Source of the DNA: Candidatus Staskawiczbacteria bacterium
Lineage (GTDB): Bacteria; Patescibacteriota; Minisyncoccia; Minisyncoccales; Staskawiczbacteraceae
Direction: 5' to 3'
Length of the DNA stretch: 64,000 nt
NCBI GenBank assembly: GCA_963778905.1
Contig: CAVZWH010000014.1
Location: forward strand, 1,254 to 65,253
Shown here: piece by piece, positions 57,563 to 64,000 of the stretch
How positions within the stretch are numbered: position 1 is the stretch's first letter
Layout of the letters: the number at the start of each line of letters is the position of its first letter
Notes under the pieces: model-generated
The model's input: the letters and a program-made list of their open reading frames with translations, nothing else
What the model was told of the DNA's origin: nothing
Databases searched by the model: none
Translations under genes and position numbers: made by a program

Positions 57563-58687
57563 TTATGTTTCCAGACCCCCTAACGCAACGCCGGCTGCAA
57601 CGGAAAAACTTGGCGCCATTTGTTCAAGGGTTTTGCCAAGTATTGGCGGATATAAAAAATCTGCAAAACAATTGGGAATTTCTACTTTCTTTTTCAAAAC
57701 TTCTGAAAAATATTCTTTCAATCCCGGCAAACCCGAAGTTCCGCCGGTTAAATATACCATATCCACTTCCTTATTTTCTTGAATATAAAAATCCGACAGA
57801 ATTTTTTTTACTTCAAGCAAAAGAGGATCAATTAGCAAGTACAAAGTTTTAGAAATATTTTCTTTTGCAGAAATCAGTCCTTCTTTATTTTTTATTTCTT
57901 CTGCCTCAACATGACCCAATCCCAAAGCAGCAGATATTGCATAAGTAAGCTGGCTGCCGGCAAAATCAAAACTATAACTCTTTTTTAAGTTTTTTTTGTC
58001 TACTATATTAATTGTTGTGCTTTGAACGCCTATGTCAACTAAACACACGCAACTTCTGTTTTCTCCCACCAAAGATCTGGCCAGCGCCAATGATTCTGCT
58101 TCAACAGCATAAAGTTCAAGGCCGGCCAGCTGAGCAACTTTTTGATAATCCTGTATAATTTGATTTGGAATGGCAACTAAAAATATTTTAAGAGATGATT
58201 TTTTATCGCCAGGACTCCCTGATATCAATTTCCAATCCAAGGTTGTTTCTGTTATGGGCAATGGAATATATTGCGGAGCATTGTAGTAAACCGCGTCAGG
58301 CAATTCTGCTTTTGTCATCGGGGGCAGCTCAAACGATGTGCAAAAAGTTGAAAAATCCGGAATTGAAAATATTACTGCCTTTGTTCTTATTCTTGCTTCG
58401 TCTAAAACAGCTCTGACAGCTCTTGAAACAAAATAATTTGAAAGCAAATAGCTTCCTTTTTCAACGTTGCGAAACGGTTCCTTGTAAAGCGCCGCAGACT
58501 TAATTTCCCCGTAATTTTCCAATGTTTTTCCTTGACCCCATCTTGATATTTCAACAACTTTTACGGAGGCCGTTCCAACATCAATTCCCACCATTTTTTT
58601 AGGAAAAAACATCTTCAAAGGATTTGAAAAAATATTCAATTTTTCTAATTTTTCTATATTAAAATTTTCCAAAAAATTTGGGCTCAT
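57563..58687 (-). CDS. pilM: PilM (actin-like ATPase)
   Basis: 374 aa; MVGIDVGTASVKVVE, VDIGVQSTTI, YLTGGTSGLPGL. Confidence 0.85.
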   Translation of the reverse strand: MSPNFLENFNIEKLEKLNIFSNPLKMFFPKKMVGIDVGTASVKVVEISRWGQGKTLENYGEIKSAALYKEPFRNVEKGSYLLSNYFVSRAVRAVLDEARIRTKAVIFSIPDFSTFCTSFELPPMTKAELPDAVYYNAPQYIPLPITETTLDWKLISGSPGDKKSSLKIFLVAIPNQIIQDYQKVAQLAGLELYAVEAESLALARSLVGENRSCVCLVDIGVQSTTINIVDKKNLKKSYSFDFAGSQLTYAISAALGLGHVEAEEIKNKEGLISAKENISKTLYLLIDPLLLEVKKILSDFYIQENKEVDMVYLTGGTSGLPGLKEYFSEVLKKKVEIPNCFADFLYPPILGKTLEQMAPSFSVAAGVALGGLET

Positions 58688-58727
58688 ATGTTCTTATATT
58701 ATATAATGAAGTCAACAAAATAGCACT

Positions 58728-59465
58728 GTGGATAAAATAATGCCAAAAACAAAGGATTTTTTACTTGATTTGTTCTTCCCAAAATTCTGTTTGGGATGCC
58801 AAAAAGAAGGCACATATTTATGCGACGACTGTCGCACGCTTTTAGATATTTCTGAATATAATTATTGCCTTTGCGACACAAAACCACAGCGCTTGCCGCC
58901 GGATTCAAAATCTGGAAAATGTTCGCGATGCGACGACAAAAAACTTTCCGGCCTTTATTTTGCGCTTCCCTACAAAGAAAAAGCTCTCACCAAAAAATTA
59001 ATTTACCAATTCAAATACCAGCCGTACTTAAAAGATTTAGCAGAAACTTTAGCATCAATTTTAATTGAGCATTTTATAAAAACCGGAAAAAATACCAATG
59101 AAATTTGGGGAAATTCGGTTTTAATTCCGGTTCCATTAGACAAAAAGAAATTAAAAATCCGCGGATACAATCAATCAGAAGAACTGGCAAAAGAGTTGTC
59201 AAAAGTTTTACAAATTCCAGTGATTTCTGACAATTTAATAAAAATAAAATCCACAAAACCGCAAATGGAATTGACCAAAGAGGAAAGAGAAAAAAACTTG
59301 GAAGGAGTTTTTGCGGTCTCCGACACCGCAAAGTTTACTGGCAAAAAGGTGTTTTTAGTTGATGATGTTTATACAACCGGCTCCACAATGCAAGAATGCG
59401 CAAAAATTCTCAAGGAATCCGGCGCCAAGTCTGTTTGTGGCATATGTATTGCCCGTGAAGGTTAA
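58728..59465 (+). CDS. comFC: ComF-family phosphoribosyltransferase (ComFC)
   Basis: 245 aa; N-terminal Cys4 (CLGC...CDDC) and PRT motif VFLVDDVYTTGST. Confidence 0.85.
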   Translation: MDKIMPKTKDFLLDLFFPKFCLGCQKEGTYLCDDCRTLLDISEYNYCLCDTKPQRLPPDSKSGKCSRCDDKKLSGLYFALPYKEKALTKKLIYQFKYQPYLKDLAETLASILIEHFIKTGKNTNEIWGNSVLIPVPLDKKKLKIRGYNQSEELAKELSKVLQIPVISDNLIKIKSTKPQMELTKEEREKNLEGVFAVSDTAKFTGKKVFLVDDVYTTGSTMQECAKILKESGAKSVCGICIAREG

Positions 59466-59848
59466 ATTTTTTTCACTGTTGTCCAATCGCCGTCAACCCA
59501 CAAAAGAATTATTTCAACCGGAAAGCCGAAAGATTTTACAATTTTTTCGGCTTTTTTTAGATGTACAACTTGTGTTTCTTTCTCTGTTGGATTTCCCGCG
59601 CAACCAAAATGCCCCACAATCGCCACAATTTTTGAGCCGTGATGATGAACTGAAATTTCAACTCTTTTTTTTATGTTTTCAATTACGGCTTTGTCTAAAT
59701 TATCAGCTAAAATTTTATTTGGGCCTGGCTCTGTAACCATATCCACAAAATCTGCGCCATAATTTTTTTGCATATAGTTTTTTACAGCATCCTGAACCCT
59801 GCCGTCCATGCAATTTATCGCGCATGCAAACTTTTTTTGATTTTCCAT
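59462..59848 (-). CDS. hypothetical protein with beta-carbonic-anhydrase-like Cys/His pattern
   Basis: 128 aa; CMDGR and GHFGCAGNP recall the CxDxR/HxxC pattern. Assignment is weak. Confidence 0.35.
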   Translation of the reverse strand: MENQKKFACAINCMDGRVQDAVKNYMQKNYGADFVDMVTEPGPNKILADNLDKAVIENIKKRVEISVHHHGSKIVAIVGHFGCAGNPTEKETQVVHLKKAEKIVKSFGFPVEIILLWVDGDWTTVKKI

Positions 59849-59857
59849 AATTTTAAT

Positions 59858-60949
59858 TCAAAAATTTATTGTAACCGGGCTTCCCAAACCGGTGATGTAA
59901 TCATAATGTTTGGCGGCTTGGCAATAATATTTGCAATCACCATTTGAACCGCTTACAATGTCTCGAAAATATTTTGCATAAGAACCAGACGATTTATCTG
60001 AATAAAGATTTTTATCTGTTGCCGAAAGCCCAAGCGATTGAATTGCCGCCCATTGCGGAGCCGCGTCCGATGTTCCGCCAACAACATACCATTTTCCTTT
60101 TATGTAAACCGAAAATCCAGATTGCGGATCGGCGTCATAAGAAACATCTGGAATTGCGCGCATGCCATTGCATTTTGGAATAGAATAATTTTTTTGAAAA
60201 TTCGGCTGAGTTTCATAAGCTGACACTCCGCCGCCAGATCCTGACCACGCGGTTTCTTTATTTAATGTTCCGTCGCTTTTTAATGAAAGTGATGTTCCAC
60301 CAACAGAAACCACGTTTGGCGAAGCAGCCGGCCACGAAGCTCCCCATCCATCGTCGCCCGACGAAGCAAAAAATACAGCTCCGAATTTACTTACGAAATG
60401 CGAATCCAAAGTTTTTTCTTCTGTAAATTCTTCACCACCCCAACTCATTGAAACTGCCACAACGTCAGACCTCGAATCTGCATAATCAATCGCATTCAGA
60501 AGATTTGCTCCGCTTGGAGTTTTTGCCTCAACCAAAAGAATTTTTGCATTTGGAGCAATGGCGTGCGCCCATTCAACATCAAGCGAAGTTTCTCCCGACC
60601 AGCCGGAATTTGTTGAGGTTTTTGAAACCATTAAATGTTTTTCAAAGCATCCATTTTTGGTTGTGCAATCTGGCAGATTAAAAGTTTTGTCAAAAACTGC
60701 CAAATCAGTTTCAATTGTTGCATCATCGTAAGCTCCAATAATTGCGATTGTTCCGTGTCCGCCGGTTTTTGGCAAATTGTAAATCTTTTTTATTTGATCT
60801 GGCGAAATTCCCTGCGGAGATTTGGTATTTGATTTATAAATATGAATAGGATTTTTTCCTTTATAATTTGAAAAACGGTATACGGCCATCGCATTTTGCG
60901 CGCCAAACAAAAATAAAATAATTAAAAATAAAATATAATAATGTTTCAT
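59858..60949 (-). CDS. secreted S8/S53 (sedolisin-like) serine peptidase
   Basis: Signal peptide from MKHYYILFLI...; VSMSWGG and GGTSDAAPQWAA motifs. Confidence 0.7.
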   Translation of the reverse strand: MKHYYILFLIILFLFGAQNAMAVYRFSNYKGKNPIHIYKSNTKSPQGISPDQIKKIYNLPKTGGHGTIAIIGAYDDATIETDLAVFDKTFNLPDCTTKNGCFEKHLMVSKTSTNSGWSGETSLDVEWAHAIAPNAKILLVEAKTPSGANLLNAIDYADSRSDVVAVSMSWGGEEFTEEKTLDSHFVSKFGAVFFASSGDDGWGASWPAASPNVVSVGGTSLSLKSDGTLNKETAWSGSGGGVSAYETQPNFQKNYSIPKCNGMRAIPDVSYDADPQSGFSVYIKGKWYVVGGTSDAAPQWAAIQSLGLSATDKNLYSDKSSGSYAKYFRDIVSGSNGDCKYYCQAAKHYDYITGLGSPVTINF

Positions 60950-61020
60950 ATTTTTATTTTTTATATATTTTTTGATTCTACCACAAAACAAAAAATCACC
61001 CAAAAGGCGACTCTTCAATG

Positions 61021-61102
61021 CGGAGGGCAGAGGATTCGAACCTCTAAGAGCTTTCGCTCGCCGCTTTTCAAGAGCGGTGCCATACCGTTAGGCGAGCCCT
61101 CC
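61021..61102 (-). tRNA. tRNA-Ser (anticodon UGA)
   Basis: Reverse complement: GGAGGGC..., anticodon arm CCGCT-CTTGAAA-AGCGG, long variable arm, T arm GAGGTTCGAATCCTC. Confidence 0.9.
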
Positions 61103-61120
61103 AATTATTATTTTTTATTT

Positions 61121-61825
61121 TTACAAACCTAATAACTGCAAAAAATCTGCTGACTCTTTTCCTCTAATTTCCCTGAAATCACCTGCCTGCAAACTGCCTA
61201 ATTTAATGTTCATTATTCTCCTTCTTTCCAGGTGCACAACTCCATATCCAAGCGCGTCGCACATTCTTCTTATCTGGTGTTTTTTCCCTTCTGTTAAAAT
61301 TATTGAAAAACGTTCCGAACTAATTTTTGTCACTCTGCATTTTTTTGTTACATATCCGTCATCAAGCTTTACTCCCTCAGACATTTTTTTCAAAAATAAG
61401 TTTTCTATTTGCTTGTTTACTTTTACAATATACTCTTTTTCGTGCTCGTATTCTGGATTCAAAAGTCTGTCGGTCAGCCGGCCGTCATTTGTTAAAATTA
61501 TTAATCCCGAAGAACTTTTATCTAACCTGCCAACCGGGAATACTCCCTTAATTTGCAAAATATCTTTTATTTCCGATTCCCCATTTTGCGGAGTGTGCGT
61601 GATAATTCCTTTCGGCTTATTGAAAGCTAAATAAACTAAATTTTTTTTAGAATTTTCAACAACAACTTTATCTTTTTCTAAAACCTTGTCTCCCAAAACA
61701 GCAATTCTGCCGTTTATTTTAACTTTTTTTTGCGAAATTAATTCATCTGCCTCGCGTCTGGCGCAAATTTTTTTATAAGCTAAATATTTATTAATCCTTA
61801 TCGGATATTTAATTTTTTCTTCCAT
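61121..61825 (-). CDS. pseudouridine synthase (RsuA/RluB family, S4 domain)
   Basis: IRINKYLA... S4 domain, VGRLDKSSSGLIILTNDG catalytic motif. Start moved to MEEKIKY, because the longer ORF overlaps a tRNA. Confidence 0.85.
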   Translation of the reverse strand: MEEKIKYPIRINKYLAYKKICARREADELISQKKVKINGRIAVLGDKVLEKDKVVVENSKKNLVYLAFNKPKGIITHTPQNGESEIKDILQIKGVFPVGRLDKSSSGLIILTNDGRLTDRLLNPEYEHEKEYIVKVNKQIENLFLKKMSEGVKLDDGYVTKKCRVTKISSERFSIILTEGKKHQIRRMCDALGYGVVHLERRRIMNIKLGSLQAGDFREIRGKESADFLQLLGL

Positions 61826-61839
61826 TTTATAAATTAAAG

Positions 61840-61923
61840 CGGAGGAGGTGGGAGTCGAACCCACAAGCCCCGTAAGGGGCAGAGATTAGCAATCTCTTGC
61901 AATAACCATTATGCGACTCCTCC
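61840..61923 (-). tRNA. tRNA-Ser (anticodon GCU)
   Basis: Reverse complement: GGAGGAG..., anticodon arm AGAGA-TTGCTAA-TCTCT, long variable arm (GCCCCTTACGGGGC), T arm GTGGGTTCGACTCCCAC. Confidence 0.9.
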
Positions 61924-62007
61924 ATGATTAGCTTTTATTTTATACTTAAAAACCCATTAAGTCAATTTGATTTTATTAATATTTTGTTGTATCGTTAAAC
62001 CTGAAAA

Positions 62008-62079
62008 GCCCCCATAGTTCAGTGGACAGAATACAAGCTTGCGGAGCTTGGGACAGAAGTTCGAATCTTCTTGGGGGCA
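62008..62079 (+). tRNA. tRNA-Arg (anticodon GCG)
   Basis: GCCCCCA acceptor, D loop AGTGGACA, anticodon arm CAAGC-TTGCGGA-GCTTG, T arm AGAAGTTCGAATCTTCT, TGGGGGC-A. Confidence 0.85.
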
Positions 62080-62093
62080 CATCAAAATTATAC

Positions 62094-64000
62094 ATGATTT
62101 CGTTATTAACTCCGGTACAAGAACTTCCAAAAATTGGGACAGCTTACGCAAAAAGATTAAAAAAGTTCGGCATAAAAACAGTGCAGGATTTGCTTTTTTA
62201 TTTTCCGGCAAGATACGATGATTTTTCAGAAATAATTTCAATAAAAGCGGCGCGGCAGAAATTGGGCCAAACTTGTTGCGTGCAAGGACAAATTACGGAA
62301 ATTGAGAACACCAATACTTTCAAAAATCAAATGAGCATGACCGAAGCGACAGTTAGAGACAACACCGATAAAATAAAAGTTATTTGGTTTAACCAGCCGT
62401 ATTTGGCAAAATCGTTGAAAGAAGATGATTTTGTTTGCCTGGCCGGAAAAATTTCTCTTTATAAAGAAGGAGTTTATTTTAACAATCCAACTTACGAAAA
62501 AATAAATGAAATTGGAGAAAATGAAGAGTTAACTCACACAGGCAGAATTGTGCCGGTTTATTCTGAAACAAGAGGAGTTTCTTCGCGTTGGCTAAGATAT
62601 ATTATAAAACCTTTGCTTTACCAGTTTTGCGAACAAATTAAAGAATCTTTGCCCGAAGAAATAATTAAAAAATATAAATTTTTACCGACACAAGAAGCTG
62701 TCTGGCAATTGCATTTTCCAGATACATTTGAACACGCTGATGCCGCAAAATCGCGTTTTTCTTTTGAAGAATTATTTTTAATACAGCTGAATGTTTTGAA
62801 AGAAAAAATAAAATTAATGCAAAAAAAATCTGCTGCTTGTCCGATGGACTCAGATTTAATGAAAAAATTTACTGATGCGTTGCCGTTTCAACTCACTGAT
62901 TCTCAAAAAAAATGCGCATTTGCAATTTTGAAGGATTTGGAAAAAACAGTTCCAATGTCCAGACTGCTTGAGGGAGATGTTGGCTCCGGAAAAACAGTTG
63001 TTGCAACAATGGCGGCCTTAAATGTGGTAAAATGCGGGCATCAAGTTGCATTTATGGCGCCAACGGAAATTTTGGCAAAACAGCATTTCAAATCTATTTC
63101 CGATTTATTGAAAAATTTTGATGTTATAGTCGGCATGATGACCGGCAAAGATGCAAGAATTGCCAAAGACGGCGAAACCTTTGAAGTTTCCAAAAAAAGT
63201 TTTAACGGTGATTTGGAAAATAAACAAATAGATATTGCAATTGGCACGCATTCTTTGATTCAAAAAGCAGTTGCTTTCAAAGATTTGGCCTTGGTAATTT
63301 TGGACGAGCAGCACAGATTTGGAGTTGAGCAAAGAGACCACTTAATTAAAAATAAAAAATTAGTCCCCCATTTGCTTTCAATGACAGCAACTCCAATTCC
63401 AAGAACTTTGGCCTTAACAGCTTATGGAGATTTGGATTTGTCTTTAATTGACGAAATGCCAAAAAACAGAAAAAAAATAAAAACAATTATTGTAGAACCT
63501 TCTCAAAGAAAAGAATCCTACGAATTTATAAAAAAAGAAGTTGCAGAAGGCAAAGGAGTTTTTGTGATTTATCCAAAAATTGAATTGAACGCCTCAAAAC
63601 TTGCAGAAATAATAAAAAGCAAAGGAGAAATTTCTGGTTCGTTTATTCCACAAAATTATGATTTAAGAAGCTTATCAATGATGGAGGTAAAAGCTCTAAA
63701 AGAAGAATATGAAAAATTATCAAAAGAAATTTTTCCCGATTTAAGAATTACAATGTTGCACGGAAAAATGAAAGCCCCAGAAAAAGAAAAAATAATGCAA
63801 GATTTCAAAAAAGGAGAAATTGATATTTTGCTTTCCACTTCTGTTGTTGAGGTTGGCGTTGATGTTCCGCGCGCCACAATTATGATGATTGAGGGAGCAG
63901 AACGTTTTGGACTTAGCCAGCTTCACCAGTTTCGCGGCAGAGTTGGCAGAAGCGATATGCAGTCATATTGCTTTTTATTTACCACTGATCCTTCCATGTT
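62094..64000 (+). CDS. recG: ATP-dependent DNA helicase RecG (3' end outside window)
   Basis: Not in the ORF track because it has no stop in the window. Hand translation: MISLLTPVQELPKIGTAYAKRLKKFGIKTVQDLLFYFPARY..., Walker A GDVGSGKTVVA, DEQHRFGV (63303 is in frame with 62094), QFRGRVGR. Confidence 0.9.
   Translation, partial: MISLLTPVQELPKIGTAYAKRLKKFGIKTVQDLLFYFPARYDDFSEIISIKAARQKLGQTCCVQGQITEIENTNTFKNQMSMTEATVRDNTDKIKVIWFNQPYLAKSLKEDDFVCLAGKISLYKEGVYFNNPTYEKINEIGENEELTHTGRIVPVYSETRGVSSRWLRYIIKPLLYQFCEQIKESLPEEIIKKYKFLPTQEAVWQLHFPDTFEHADAAKSRFSFEELFLIQLNVLKEKIKLMQKKSAACPMDSDLMKKFTDALPFQLTDSQKKCAFAILKDLEKTVPMSRLLEGDVGSGKTVVATMAALNVVKCGHQVAFMAPTEILAKQHFKSISDLLKNFDVIVGMMTGKDARIAKDGETFEVSKKSFNGDLENKQIDIAIGTHSLIQKAVAFKDLALVILDEQHRFGVEQRDHLIKNKKLVPHLLSMTATPIPRTLALTAYGDLDLSLIDEMPKNRKKIKTIIVEPSQRKESYEFIKKEVAEGKGVFVIYPKIELNASKLAEIIKSKGEISGSFIPQNYDLRSLSMMEVKALKEEYEKLSKEIFPDLRITMLHGKMKAPEKEKIMQDFKKGEIDILLSTSVVEVGVDVPRATIMMIEGAERFGLSQLHQFRGRVGRSDMQSYCFLFTTDPSM

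Noticed and set aside
61957-62241. 94-aa minus-strand ORF, and 61121..61864 read from its first Met.
   Set aside because: The first overlaps tRNA-Arg and the recG start. The N-terminal 13 codons of the second overlap tRNA-Ser(GCU), so an internal Met start was chosen.

Overview
AT-rich (about one-third GC by eye), tightly packed bacterial chromosome segment. Most of it is housekeeping: dnaG-rpoD, htpX-lemA, groES-groEL, uvrA, uvrC, secG, rnj, trpS, rpsF-ssb-rpsR, recA, ftsK, rpoB-rpoC, ftsW/rodA, ligA, a pseudouridine synthase and recG (3' end outside the window), plus five tRNAs. A roughly 13-kb type IV pilus locus on the minus strand runs pilM-N-O, pilB, a receiver protein, pilT, pilC, three pilins, pilD, four minor pilins and an Ig-repeat surface protein, with comFC divergent from it. 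Small genes, many pilins, a cupin-type PGI and an orphan substrate-binding protein suggest a Patescibacteria/CPR-like genome; this is inference only. The code looks standard, since long ORFs are intact. No rRNA or CRISPR array was seen.

Accessory content:
1. A complete diversity-generating retroelement (DGR) lies between uvrA and uvrC. It has a DGR-type RT, an inverted Avd-like gene and a TR/VR pair with adenine-specific mismatches. Its target gene and TR are far more GC-rich than the RT, avd and the rest of the window.
2. There are four copies of a roughly 125-130 bp element with terminal inverted repeats CCCCGTTAGAAGT...ACTTCTAACGGGG and 4-bp target duplications. Two identical copies sit exactly on the leader/mature junction of adjacent minor-pilin genes. 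They supply a new ATG and leader peptide that rebuilds the Gly|Phe prepilin cleavage site.
3. A 766-bp IS1595-type element is inserted 17 nt upstream of groES.
4. A 60-nt in-frame palindromic insertion sits inside uvrC, and a related hairpin element sits between groES and groEL.
5. Three near-identical 351-bp tandem repeats lie inside a pilus-linked surface protein gene.
6. A recombinase remnant and small secreted Cys-repeat proteins lie next to tRNA-Ser.

All coordinates and alignments were done by hand from the sequence and the ORF track.
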